Part shown: in pieces, positions 1 to 14,942 of the stretch
Numbering within the stretch: position 1 is the first letter of the stretch
How the letters are laid out: the number at the start of each line of letters is the position of its first letter
NCBI RefSeq assembly: GCF_001194135.2
Contig: NC_068990.1
Coordinates: 40,655,070-40,719,069, forward strand
Source: Octopus bimaculoides
Taxonomy: Eukaryota
Length of the DNA: 64,000 nucleotides
Direction: 5' to 3'
Position numbers and translations under genes: made by a program
Notes under the pieces: generated by a model
The model's database searches: none
Told to the model about the DNA's origin: nothing
Seen by the model: the letters and a program-made list of their open reading frames with translations, nothing else

Positions 1-1635
1 TACAACTGCTGTGTGTGCAGCAATTTCTAGGAAGCTTTCACTCTATACACACACTACTAAATTTCAGATACAAAGTGAATAATGTACATGTACTTATTAT
101 TTGACTGTCACTTTTGTTATATACATTCTGCACTTACCTGCTTGGACCTCACAAAAATTTCCTAAAAATAATGCATATTTTTATATGTATAAATGTGTGT
201 ATACATGAAGTCATAAAATACACACTTATACTTTCATTTCAGAAAATGGAAACTAAGTATTGTAATGATTGGTGGAATATTTTTGAAACCAAAATGAATG
301 GTAAACATGAAGCATTGTCATAGGAATTTTAAAAAGGTCAATCTTAGAATAGATAACATCAGTACTTTTAAGTTGTCATGCATAATATCCATTTAAATTT
401 TTCAATTTTTATTAATCTGGTATTTAGTATTTAAATTTTTATTACCTGTCTTGGATCTGCTCAGGCATTTTTCTTTGACTTCTCTTTTCTCTCCTATAGA
501 GAAAGAAAAAAAGTGTTTTTCATTTCTTCTTCTTCTTTCTCTCTCTTTCCCTCTCCCTCTCTCACATCACTACTATAACATCCTCAAGTTTCCTCAGTGG
601 CTTGCAATCCTCTTCACTTGCTCTGGTTGTCAACTTTGAATACAAAATATGACAGCTGTTTAAGTTGTGTGTGTGTGTGTGCATACATATGTGTATGCGT
701 GTGTGTAAATGTATGTGTATATATATATATATATACACATAACACACTTGAAAATATTGATCATGATGATAATACAAGCAAACACAGCAAAAAGAAAATA
801 CAAAAGAAGGAATTCTTGTGAGCTTTTTTAATCTCTATTTGGGCTGCCTATTTGAAAAGTAGTTCACATAGAGATAGGAAAAAAAAAATCATAAAGACAA
901 AATTCTTCAGCAAGCAGTGGCTTATTTTTGATACTTCATGCAACACATACAGTCCTTGATAGCCAAGTGAGGGTTTTGATTCTTTTTGATTTTCAGTTAC
1001 TTATAATCTTTTGTTGTATAAATTATATTTCTGTGTGTGTGTGTACATGCATCCATTGTATGTCTGTGTTTTTGTCCATGTTAGAACAGAGAGAATTCCA
1101 AGTTTGCCTCACTCATGTTGTCATCTCCCCCCCCCCCTTCCCTATCCGTTGTTCGTGTCCCATAGCAGCCTATTACATACTAGATTCCTAGGCTTGTGTA
1201 TATTTCTGAGAACAATGGTGGATAGTCTAAAAGTTAATACAGTACACTGGGGAACATTGTGGCAGTACGGAAGAATCAAGCAGTTATGTTATTTACTTGT
1301 TTACTTGTTTGACTTTTTTTTTGTTTCATTTTGTTTCCACCCCTCCTTGTTTTTGCTTCAATTTTGGAATTGTTCAAACACATTCTTGAAATTAAGTCAT
1401 CACTTTGTTTGGCTTCAGTGCTCTGGAAATACGGGATAAAAGAAGAACTTTAAGTGGAGTGTTGCCTTTTCCATATATTTCATGACAGAATTGTCGAATT
1501 TTATGTTGTGAGCAAATGCTATTCAGATAATTAATGGTTTCATTCTCTTAGTTTTCTTTCCATTTCCCAAGATGTTGCTTCATCTGAGTGTTTCGTATGA
1601 TTTGTAATAGCTTTTTAAAATTTAGCTATTATCAC

Positions 1636-1698
<63 letters not shown>

Positions 1699-1941
1699 TC
1701 TGTGTTTTCATTTTGGTTTGTCAGATGCTTCACAATGGGTATTTTTTATTTAATTTCACATCAACCTCTCACCTTGAGGATTTTTGGTACTTTGAGCTGA
1801 CAAAATTGTATCATAAGCATGTTTGACATTCCCTGCTAATATTTGAAGTTTTATTTCTACAAGTTGTTGAAAAATGTTAATATTTGAAATTAAAAAAAAA
1901 AATATAGAATGTGTGTGTGTGTACATGTGCATGTACGTATA

Positions 1942-1972
<31 letters not shown>

Positions 1973-3479
1973 TACACAAAGGTAAAAAATAAAAGACAAA
2001 CCATGCTTATACTTATGATACACTGGCCAGGTTTGTTATCCTTTGACTTTTTCTAGTATTCTTGGAGAAAGTCTGGATCATTTTCTGTTTTATAAGGATT
2101 CCCATACTTGTCTCTTTTTTCCCAACCCCTTCTTTCCTCCAAAGTACTTCAACTCTCCAAACATTCCTATTTTCCAATGTTTGTAAGTCTAAGTTATTGC
2201 TGGCCTTTATATTAAATTTGCCTTTTTTTACTCATTTTATTTATGTCCATTTCATTCTCTTGCATCTGTCATTATTAATATCACTAATATGATTATCATC
2301 TAAGTGATACTATTTACTTCTGTTTCATTGAAACACTACATATGTGTATTTCTAAGGATAATTTAGATTTCTTCATCTTAGCTTGCGTCAACCAAATTGA
2401 ACATAAGTATAATGTAGATGTTAAACTGGAAGCTCTCTTGTATCGTTATACAATTTGAGCTTGGGAGCAAGGGATTTCTTACTTTAAATCATCAATTTCT
2501 ATTATGTTACAAGAATTTATTTTCAAAAAATACTAAATGGTTTTCAAATGAGGTCTCTTAATTCTATACATTTAGAATCATGATACCATTTTAGAAATAT
2601 TTTTAGTGATTAAATATTCTTCCACAGTTCTCTGCTTTGTTTTCTGTTATAAACTCCTAGTATAAATAACATTCCATCTCTTAAATAAATGTTACAAAAT
2701 GTACATATCTATACATTGTTACACGCATACACACACAAAAATGCTAGATTTACTTATATTAAATTGAAGCCATATCACTCTTTTTAATGGTTTTATAAAA
2801 ATATATTGGCATTGTTCTGTTTATAGTTGATGGGAAACGAATGCTAATCATACATACAAAGTACCTTTCTCAACTCCTACTTCTATATGCAGTTTAGTAA
2901 TAAGCTTTCAGTATTTAAAAAACAAACACTTCTGTATTTGTATGAGTGACCTGTGAGGTATACATATGTGTATTTGTGTGTATTTATACATCACGTATAT
3001 ATGTATATGTATATGCCTTTTTATAGGTTTATATAATATGTATATACAGATAGACTATCTGTATATAGTCTATATAGTATATATGTATATACAGATAGAC
3101 ATGACTATCTATGATATATGCATACATGGGGAGATATTTATGTATGCTTTGCATCCAGCCCATTCTAACATGGGTTAACTTACACAATACTGAAACATTG
3201 TTTTACTGATAGATGCCCTTGCTTTGACTAACCTAACCCATATTTCAAATACAGGAATTTTTATTTGACTTGTCTTTGTTAGGGAACCATCAGCAAATAT
3301 CACTGTATGTAACTTAATGTCTTTTTACATGAAGTGCAGAAAGTAAACAGTCAAAATAGGCATACATATATACACTGTACTGGCATGTGTTAGACAAATG
3401 CATATTATTGAAACACATATATATTTCTAATTTGGTTACAAGGGCAACAATTTCAGAGGAGAGTTTGAAGAACTGCCAG

Positions 3480-3590
3480 CTGTAGAAACCATGTGAGAGC
3501 AAACACTGGAATTCAGTACAGTTCTCCAGCTTGTTGGATCTTGTCAAACTATGTCCAACCCTTGCCAGCATGTAAGACAGACATTGAATA

Positions 3591-3622
<32 letters not shown>

Positions 3623-3628
3623 AATGAT
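3480..3628 (+). mobile_element. Old 3' end of an RTE-type LINE/SINE ending in (GAT)n tail
   Basis: ...GTCAAACTATGTCCAACCCTTGCCAGCATG...AATAATGATGATGATG. This is the same tail architecture as the element at 53625-54085. Confidence 0.55.
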
Positions 3629-4508
3629 GTAGTTTACATTTATGTAAAGATATATATGTATATGTGTGTGCTTACATTTAGAACATAATAGAAGTCTAAA
3701 AAACTTAGAGAAGTAAATGTAAGTTTCCATCAAAAAATTTCAAAAGCAAAGCAAAAAAAAAAGATCAAGAAATAAAAATAAAATGAATCTGTCAAATATT
3801 TACTGAAACATTGTTTATTGGAGACTTACATGTGCATGTTTCAATATATTTATAATGTCTTTAACAGTAATTACCTTAATTTGTGCAAGTAAAAAACATA
3901 TATATAAATCTCTAGTGCTCCTAAGCCTATGTCAATGAATTTAATTGTCAAGGAATTGTTGAAAAATATGAGAGTAAACTTTGTTTAGACTAGTGTTGTT
4001 ATTGTTGTAGTTGGTTGGGTTTTTTTTTTTTGTTCATTTTTTCTCTTTGCAGTTTTAGTGTATCAGCTGGAAACAGTACTGTTAATTTCTAGTTTCCTAA
4101 ATATTGTTCCTATAAATAGTTATCAAACAGATTCATTTTAGTTTTATTGTTTTGTTTTTTTTTTTTTGGTTATTTCTAACTTTTCAGTGGAAAGCATTTT
4201 CTTTATTTACTTTCTGTTATCTTTTTATTTCTTTGAAATCTTTCTCTAGTATTCAGTAATGAACTTTTTGCTACATTATTATCTGACAAGTGTTCCTGTG
4301 AGGATTCGAACTACTTGGTACTCATGATGAATTAGTTGATAGATTCAATAAGATGAAATGGTTTCAGGATTTTTTTTTTTTTCTACTCTGCTGCTATAAT
4401 ATATTCTCGAATTCTTATTATCCACTCTGTTCATCTTTCTATCTTTATTCTTTCAGATGCTGCTTTTTAATGTAATAGTTTCCGTTTTGGATTTCTATTT
4501 TATATCTA

Positions 4509-4552
<44 letters not shown>

Positions 4553-6646
4553 GCATGCATGTATGTATACACACACGCATATTTATTTTGTTAATCACCT
4601 TACCTTCCTAAGAGGATGATAACTTCAGAATTCCATAGTTTTTGTCTGAGTGTGTGTTTATATGCATATGTGAATTTCATCCTTCTATCTTTAGTCATGG
4701 AAGCGTAGCTCACATCAATCTACAAAGTACTTTTTCTTCTAGATTATAGTTATATGTGATGTTCTATAACTTGGACCACATTTCCGTTTTGGGTAAGCCA
4801 TTTTTTCTCCATTTACTTCCAGTTCCTTTTTCCTCTAGCTCTTTGTTGAATTACAGGACAATCTTTGATGGACTTCTTACTCTTTTACACAACTGATAAC
4901 ATTTCAAGATACTTTTCTTAGTTTAGTTTCCAAACTGGATATCTTGATGTGTTGCTTATCTCCCCATCTCCCTCCCATTATTTCTCTTCTTTTTCTGTTG
5001 TCATTTGTGTAGAATTTAATTTATGTGATATATCAAATAGTTTATCAATTGTTTTTACCTGCTTTCTTTAAGCATTCTCTATGTTGAGGTGGGTAGAGTA
5101 CTTTTAAAATGTTCTTGACACTGCTGTTCCATGAGTAAGATTTAATAAGTGGGGGGAGGGGGTCATAGATTTTCTCTTGAAAAGGAGAGAAGTTGTGGCA
5201 AATTATTTTTAGGAAACTCTCTTAATCTTTGATAATTTGTTTGATGGGGATAACACAAAAACAAAGAAATTCTTAATATTTATCGTGAAGGAGCAATAAA
5301 GAGTCTGGAAAACATCGAGTTTGTAGAGGTTTTAAATACAGTGCCCGGATGATATAACAATATGTGATAGCCTCTTTGAACTCGATGTATTTCTTAAACT
5401 TTGCTTGCTTTCTGCTTGATAAGTGTTATTAATCAATCTGATGCCCTGTACTCCTCACCCTCTGAAATTGATTTTTCCCCACTCCTTTAAAAGAATATTA
5501 TATCTGTTCTTTTGGATGCACATCTAAAGAATTGTAACAGTTTCAAAAATGTTCTCAAATTTCTGTGTACCATTTTTAATGAAAGTTTGTAACCCGGAAA
5601 TGCAAGGTAGAAACTTCTTCCCAAATATGTTATTTTTCTCAGTTGCAGAGGACTTTCCTGATTTATATTCCCCATAACCCTGCCAAATGTTAATTCTGGT
5701 TTTGTTAATAACATAATATGCAAGAGTTTCCATATTTTTCTTGTATCATATTTAGCTCTTATACATACATACATACACATAGTTGTGTATGTATGTATCT
5801 AAGCACTATTCTTAAATGTTGATGTTTACAAGATTCATCAGTAATCCTGTATAGTGCTGCTACCCTATAAAAAGAATTAATTGTTCCACTTACAGGAAAG
5901 TCCTCTCTATCTTAGAAATTTACATGTCAACAAGAGCCGAACATGGGCTAATGAGATATACAAGGTGTTCTAAATTGCTCACCAACTAAAAGCGTGATGG
6001 AAATATATCTAGAGCAATTGGCAACTCCTGTTTTCTCGTTCATTGATTTTGTTTTGTTCAGATAGATATAATTAATATCAGATATGTTATTTCTATATGA
6101 ATGAAAAAAAGTGTTAAATTTTTTCTCACATCTATAACACATATGTATGTATTTTACCCTTTGTTTTCAAATTTTTTGTCTAGTTTAAAACATAATTCCC
6201 CCAAATCTTCAATCATGTGTATATTTGGAATTGTCACACCTGTTATGTGTGCTTGTCCCTTGCCTCCACTACTCTGCCCTGCATAATGGTTAGAACATTT
6301 CCCACATAATTTTATTACAGTTATCATGAAAAATAGTTTGTTTTCTTTTTAAGCAAGTTAAATTTAGAAGTTCTTTTAATTATTATTTTTTTTTTTTTTG
6401 CTGTTTTATTATACATATACACACCTACACACACTTGTACATTTGTGTGTGTGTGTTTGTGTTTTATATATATATAGATATATATAAATATATATATATA
6501 TACATATATATATAAAGTGTTGCAAAATATTTGAAGTTGCTTTTCTTGTTGTTGTTGGTTTTCTTTTCTGAATCATAGATTTTTTTTAATGATTGGCTCT
6601 GTTGTCTCATCATTATTTATTTTTGTCTTTGTAAAATGATGATTTT

Positions 6647-6680
<34 letters not shown>

Positions 6681-7394
6681 TATTTGCTGGAATCAATCCC
6701 TTGTAATATAAATAGAACAGAACAGTACTGTATCCTTGCAGTGCCCTCTGATAGAAACAGTGACAACTTTGGTTGATCTCAGATTTCCAAATGACTGACC
6801 AATCATCCAGCAACATACTGACATTCATAGGCTAAATATTTTTTTTGGTTTTTTTTTGTGTTTTTTTTTTGTGGCAGTGGTGGGGTGTCTTCATTTTACC
6901 TCTGTACATTGGTATGGTGAAATGGATTCAGGCGGGCATAGAATCAAAGACCTTCTTTCAGTTGCAATCATTCTTTTCCTAAGTATAACAAGCAAAAAAG
7001 AAAAAAAATGAAAACCAACAAAGTATTGATCCTATATAATTCCTTGAAATTTATTATGATGGTAAGCTTATTCAGTAAAGTAAATCTGTCACCTGCTTTC
7101 AATTTCCATCCTGTCTACTTTCAGAAAGTACGTTTCTTAATTAAAAGGGCTAAGTTATGTTAATTATCCTGTTATCTATATTTCCTAAGGATGAGGTATG
7201 ATCACTGTACACTAATGGTGCTTATTAAACTTACCCTCATACTTCTTTCTTTGGCATAATTTTGAAAGAAAAATATTGGAATCCTTAGAAAATTTGTTGG
7301 ATACGGAGTATCATTGGAAATATTTTGCTTAAAAGTGGTCCCTAATCAATCCTTTGCTACATGTATGAAATGTGCTTGTTTGTTTTTTATGCAT

Positions 7395-7438
<44 letters not shown>

Positions 7439-8222
7439 CATGTGTGTGTGTATTGTGAGAGTGTAAATACATATAACATCAAGTCTTTTATTAGCATCAC
7501 TACTAGCTCACCTAATTACATAAAACATTATTTTGGGGATTATTATACCATATATTAGCTCATTCTTTTTTAAAACACAAATGTATTGTGTTCTCTGTGT
7601 TGCAACCATAGGTGTCAGTTTATGTATTGTTTATATAAGAGGAGAAAATGTTTGTTGACGAAGCTGACTTTTAGCAGACGCTTAGTAAGCGTCATATTTC
7701 GTTCAGGCTGCTAAGATAGAAAATATTCTACAAAGCTTCATTTCTTTCAATGCCTCAGGATGCAGTTCTGACTTTTGTCCTGGTTTTCTGTATTTGTGTT
7801 GGTGAGTTTCATTCTGGACTTTCAAGTTTCTACTGTCAGTCCAGTTTAAGAATGAGTTATGTATGTTTGCTTATTAGTTCTCTTCAAAATTTTTACTTGG
7901 GTGATGGATAGAGTCCGTTCAAGAACATTTCTGTTACCAGAAAATGCCTAAATACAATACGACACCTTCATCTTGCTCATGGTTTTTTACAATTTGATGG
8001 TAAATATAATTTTTTAATTTAGTTTTCTTGTTTTTAACAGACTATTTTTATTAAATTTTGTAAGTATAGACATAAAAAATATTCAGTCTTTGATATCTTT
8101 GCCTGCCCCTCCAAGAAAAAATACTAATATATTCTTTTGGATTATATATTTATTTCCATCTATTATTAGTAAAAGGTTAAAATAAAAATTAAAGCAACAA
8201 AATGTATATGAATATATATGTA

Positions 8223-8271
<49 letters not shown>

Positions 8272-9021
8272 NNNNNNNNNNNNNNNNNNNNNNNNNNNNN
8301 NNNNNNNNNNNNNNNNNNNNNNNNNNNNNNNNNNNNNNNNNNNNNNNNNNNNNNNNNNNNNNNNNNNNNNNNNNNNNNNNNNNNNNNNNNNNNNNNNNNN
8401 NNNNNNNNNNNNNNNNNNNNNNNNNNNNNNNNNNNNNNNNNNNNNNNNNNNNNNNNNNNNNNNNNNNNNNNNNNNNNNNNNNNNNNNNNNNNNNNNNNNN
8501 NNNNNNNNNNNNNNNNNNNNNNNNNNNNNNNNNNNNNNNNNNNNNNNNNNNNNNNNNNNNNNNNNNNNNNNNNNNNNNNNNNNNNNNNNNNNNNNNNNNN
8601 NNNNNNNNNNNNNNNNNNNNNNNNNNNNNNNNNNNNNNNNNNNNNNNNNNNNNNNNNNNNNNNNNNNNNNNNNNNNNNNNNNNNNNNNNNNNNNNNNNNN
8701 NNNNNNNNNNNNNNNNNNNNNNNNNNNNNNNNNNNNNNNNNNNNNNNNNNNNNNNNNNNNNNNNNNNNNNNNNNNNNNNNNNNNNNNNNNNNNNNNNNNN
8801 NNNNNNNNNNNNNNNNNNNNNNNNNNNNNNNNNNNNNNNNNNNNNNNNNNNNNNNNNNNNNNNNNNNNNCCTCACCCTTTTATTCCTTCTTTAATTAAAG
8901 AAGCTAACAATTAAATCAGAGCTCAAAATGCAGTATTTTTACTATTTTGTTACTAATAAATATATTAATAAATGTATGTTTTCATCAACATGTTCATAAA
9001 CAGTATGTATGTATGTATGTA

Positions 9022-9089
<68 letters not shown>

Positions 9090-10988
9090 TACACATACAT
9101 ATATACACATACTATACATATATACATACATGTACACACGCGTGTGTGTGTGTGGATGTGTTAAAAAATAAAGAAAAAAGCTAACATTCTCAAACTACCT
9201 CAGCCATTTTTGCTTAGATGTTATTTCAATCATTATTATTATTATTATTATTACTATTATTATCATTATCATTATCTTTTCTTTTATAAATATTCATCAG
9301 GCTGTGAATCGAATATTTAGATTTTTATGGCCTTAAGAAAGCCAGAGGCTTATATTTATTACCTTATTCTCGAGAAGAGACCTGGACATCAATTGCAATA
9401 GCTGCAGTCAGTTTTAATTGTATACCTGTTTAATTCATCATGAATTTAGATATGCAATTGTTCCTTTCTCTTCTATCATGAAAAGTTTTTTAAGATATCC
9501 ATTGGCTATTCCTCCAATCCCATTTTATCTATTAGTCAATCACTTGAGAGAGTTAGAATGTTCTGTCTATATCTTACTAATTTGTACCTTAGATTAATCC
9601 AGATAATGCGACAAAATTGTTAGGTGACATTTTTTAGTATTTTTTTTCTCTCCTCCTCCTTTTTAAAAATTATGTCTATCCATTAATTGTTTCTAGTGTA
9701 TATGTTAATTTCTATTTGTTTGTTTGGGGTCATTCATTTAATCACTGACCCTATTTTAATGTTTAGTAATATTACAAACATAACGCTTCTTAAGATTACT
9801 GCTCTCAGTAAGAATTATATAATTATAGACATATAGTCTAATGTTTTAAAAGTATATTTTTATTTTATTTTAATATCAATCAAAAGAAAAGTTATATATA
9901 AACAAATAAAAGATAATCAAGTCTTGTTTAAATAACAACAAAAAAAGTAAATATATAAAAAGGAAATTTCTTAATTTAGAAAAAGTGTCCTCAGATGTAA
10001 ATATAGTTATGAACCTCTACTTAAATGAAAAGATGTGACTTTCCCTCTTGTATTCTTATTTTTATTTATTTATTTTTAATCTTTCTCTTATAAATTCTTG
10101 CAAAAAAAAGAATGTTGTAGAATACAAGGAAAGGAGATTCCTAATATTGCTGGATGGTTTGTCGTCTAAACTTTCTCAACCTCTCTCTCTCTCTCTCTCT
10201 CTCATATTTCCTTCAGTTTGTATACCTTAATTTATTAACCATTCTTGATTTTTTTACTTTCCTTTTTGATTTCATTTTTTTTTTTTCTCAAAACACCTCT
10301 TTTGTTAAACTGGAAATATTGTAGAATTATTATTATAATTATTATTATTATTATTATTACTACTACTACTACTATTATATTTTTCAATTTCTTCAAAGAA
10401 TTTTCAGTGCAAGTTGTCACTCCTGACATTACTGTTCTGTGTTGAAAGGGAAAAATTTCATTAAGAAAAATGGTGTTTTATTCTTATTATTTTTAAAGAG
10501 AAAATAAAAGCCCAAAAAGCTAAGCCTTCACTGTGTAGGGAGAAGGAACACCAAGTGCCATTAAACTGTGTAGTATGGTGACGACTTTTATTGTAATCCC
10601 CTCCCCAGGTCGTTCCCTAATTTATAGTAGCGTGAAATTTTGCTTTTTATCCATTGATTTATTTTGGATTCTTATAATTTTCCAATATACCTCTAAATCC
10701 TCTCCATTTATTTATTTTTTTCTTTTTTTTTGTCTCATATTTTATTTAAATTTTATGATTTCAAGAAAAAAACACTTATTTTCTTTTTGAATCTTCATAT
10801 TAAAAACTAACAAAAAAATTTGTTTTGTGTATGATGTATGTGTAAACTTTTTTTTATCATCTCTCTTTTTCTCCCTTTCCACCCCATTGTCATTTCTTCC
10901 TCGCATATTTGTACAGCATTACCTTTATAACACACCCTGCTCCCCACATTTTTTTTTTGTAATAATTCAAATCTCCTTTCTTACTCTC

Positions 10989-11020
<32 letters not shown>

Positions 11021-14000
11021 GGTGTTTGTGTGTAAAACCTCATGTAGAATACTAAAATAAGCAATTGTTTATATACATGCATATGTAAATGTATGCATGA
11101 GGAATATCAAATTGTCAGTATTTTAAACTTGCAATTAATATTTTTTAGTAGTTATTTGAATTTAAACATGACAGTAAAATACGAAAGTTTTTAAACTCAG
11201 AATATGCACATATTAGCTGTTAGAATCCTGTCAGAATACTGCGCTATCATTTTTACTGAAATACCAATTCTTAACTATGCCAATACAGAGTCTTTGTCTT
11301 CTGTACTCTGCAAGAAAGAGTTAAACTAAACTCTTTTCACCTGGCAGGAATAGGTTTCTTCTTTCATGTAAGACCATCTTTTGATGGGTTTCAACTAGCA
11401 ACAGCTCTCACCAAGGCCATCTTTATATTTTTTAGTATCAGCTGGCAAAATGATGCTGACAGTCTATCAGTTTATCCAGGTTACCATCTAAGTAATAATG
11501 AAGCTGGATATTATTTAGCTTTCAGTGGTTAACATAGAACCAGTGATACACTCTGCTATTGAAGAAGTTCCCTTTGACTTTACTGGAATTTTCTTATATT
11601 TTTTCAATTTTGAAGCTTTTGTTTTAGAAGTTGCAAGATATTTGAAATGAAGCCTGAAATGCATCATTGTTTTATTAAATTACTTGGAGATAGTTATTCT
11701 TTAAAAGAATTCTCTGCTCCAACCTTATAAATTATATAGTTTAAACTGCAAGTGGTCATTTACCTTAATATTACATTGTTCTAATTAGCTTAACTCTCCA
11801 CTCTTGTATTGCAGAAATAGATTATTGTGTATAAGAATAAATTTTGATAGCATTATTGGGGATAGACTAATTCTCTCTATTATACTTTATTTTCAAATGC
11901 CCCTTCTGCCTTTTAATGCTTTATCATTTCCATTTGATTCCCATCTGTATGGTTGCTTTCATTTCTTGAAGCATATGTATATTTGTGTTTAAATGTTTAC
12001 CTATTCTTTAATATGTACGTTCATATATGTGTATGATTATGTTATTATGCACATACTTGCACTTATGTATGTGTGTAAGACTTGTTAACTGAAAAATAAA
12101 AATGAAGAGAGAGAGAAAGAGAATAAATTTTTATTTTAAAATTGAGAAAGATGATATTTGATGTTTGAGAGAAACGAAAACAACAACAGAACAACAACAA
12201 CCCCCTCTTTTCATTATTGTTTATTTTATTATTGTTGTCAATGTTCCATACATGATAAAAGAAAGACACATAGGACTTGATTTTAATGGTACCAATTTGT
12301 AAAAAATGAAAAAAAAAGAAAAGTGAATAAAATGAATAAAAACAACTAACAAAACAAAACAGTTGAATTAAATTTTTTTCTTTAAAAAAAAGCAGAATCT
12401 AGTCAGAATATTATTTTAGAACATGTTTTAGTGCTATTACCAGATATAATGATAAAGTTTATCAGAAAATTGCAAACATTTATCAGAATCATTATCATTA
12501 ATTAGTAATGTCCTTATGAAACACTAACCTTATTTTTCAGTTACATCTGTCATTTCGTGTATGTGTCTTAAAGAAAAACAAAAAGTAACACGCTATTAAT
12601 TTATTTTATCAGTTCAGTTTTTTAAAAGTGTCCATTATCATTGCTGTCTTTATATCACTGCTACCTTTATATCTTTGTTTGATTTTTATTTCAAAACTTA
12701 GTTAAATTTTGTTCAGTTAATTTATTAGCAATTTCACCATCATGTTTTACTTGCTGTTGCTTTTATAGGATAGATTAGAAACACTTCAATTTAACATTTA
12801 GATAGCATTCTCATTATTTTTCTTGTAGTTTCTGTTTCACTTTCATTATGATTTAAGTTTTTCAGCATGTTCAGGCAGTGTCATTTTATGTTATATTCAT
12901 AATTTATATAGTAACTATGTACTTGTGTGTGTCTGCTTATTCTTATGACATTATCATCTCTATTCTTTTTCCACTGAAAGTCTATTTATCATTCACAATT
13001 TTCTACCATTTATGTCCTAGTATCTTCCTTTTAGTTATGATGTGTGTTTTCAGCTATACACACCCCCTCTTTTTTTTTATATTTAATGTATATTAGAAAT
13101 AATTAAACATTCCTCTCTCCTTCCCTGCTCCTCAAATTAGAAATTTTCCTTGATACATAGATATATACAAATAAAATTTCGCTTGTCTTTCAGTATAATT
13201 TTAATGAATCTAGTTTTATCTGATATTGGCACTTCACAGTAAGAAACTCCCAATATTCCTTGACCTCACAAAAAATTACTTCTGTTCTTATTGGGAATTA
13301 TGTGGATGTGAGAAAGAGGGTTAAAGTATATGATATAATTAGCCAGTCATCTTTCATTGAACTTCATCCTAAATAAAATTTCTTTCATCTCTGGCTCTCA
13401 TTCCCCTTGTACAGTAACATAAATTGAATATTAAACACACACACCAAAAAGAAAACAATTTTTTGTTAAATCAAGACTTATATTATGTATGTGGGTGTGT
13501 ATGTATATATATATATATATAATTATATATATATATTATATATATAAATTATATATATATATGTGTGTATATATATATATNNNNNNNNNNNNNNNNNNNN
13601 NNNNNNNNNNNNNNNNNNNNNNNNNNNNNNNNNNNNNNNNNNNNNNNNNNNNNNNNNNNNNNNNNNNNNNNNNNNNNNNNNNNNNNNNNNNNNNNNNNNN
13701 NNNNNNNNNNNNNNNNNNNNNNNNNNNNNNNNNNNNNNNNNNNNNNNNNNNNNNNNNNNNNNNNNNNNNNNNNNNNNNNNNNNNNNNNNNNNNNNNNNNN
13801 NNNNNNNNNNNNNNNNNNNNNNNNNNNNNNNNNNNNNNNNNNNNNNNNNNNNNNNNNNNNNNNNNNNNNNNNNNNNNNNNNNNNNNNNNNNNNNNNNNNN
13901 NNNNNNNNNNNNNNNNNNNNNNNNNNNNNNNNNNNNNNNNNNNNNNNNNNNNNNNNNNNNNNNNNNNNNNNNNNNNNNNNNNNNNNNNNNNNNNNNNNNN

Positions 14001-14905
14001 NNNNNNNNNNNNNNNNNNNNNNNNNNNNNNNNNNNNNNNNNNNNNNNNNNNNNNNNNNNNNNNNNNNNNNNNNNNNNNNNNNNNNNNNNNNNNNNNNNNN
14101 NNNNNNNNNNNNNNNNNNNNNNNNNNNNNNNNNNNNNNNNNNNNNNNNNNNNNNNNNNNNNNNNNNNNNNNNNNNNNNNNNNNNNNNNNNNNNNNNNNNN
14201 NNNNNNNNNNNNNNNNNNNNNNNNNNNNNNNNNNNNNNNNNNNNNNNNNNNNNNNNNNNNNNNNNNNNNNNNNNNNNNNNNNNNNNNNNNNNNNNNNNNN
14301 NNNNNNNNNNNNNNNNNNNNNNNNNNNNNNNNNNNNNNNNNNNNNNNNNNNNNNNNNNNNNNNNNNNNNNNNNNNNNNNNNNNNNNNNNNNNNNNNNNNN
14401 NNNNNNNNNNNNNNNNNNNNNNNNNNNNNNNNNNNNNNNNNNNNNNNNNNNNNNNNNNNNNNNNNNNNNNNNNNNNATTATGTATATTATATATATTATG
14501 CATTATATATATATATAATTATATCTATGTATTAAATAGATATGCATATTATATATACAAATATGCATATTATATATATATATAATATAATAGATTATAT
14601 TTATATATATATTATAGATTATATTTATATATTATATATATTACATTTATATATAATATATATGTACGTGTGTGTATATATGTGTGTGCGTTTGCAACCA
14701 GAAGCTAGTGTGTGCGTGTGTCTGTGTGTATGCATACACATATACATACACACACACATGTATATATATATGTATATATATAGCATTGTCACTAGTTAAC
14801 CTTCTGTTTGGCAAAGATGCCAAACCAATGGTGCTTGTATCATGTATGAGTGTGTATATGTGTGAGTGTATGTATTTGTGTGTGTGTATATATATATATA
14901 TATAA

Positions 14906-14942
<37 letters not shown>

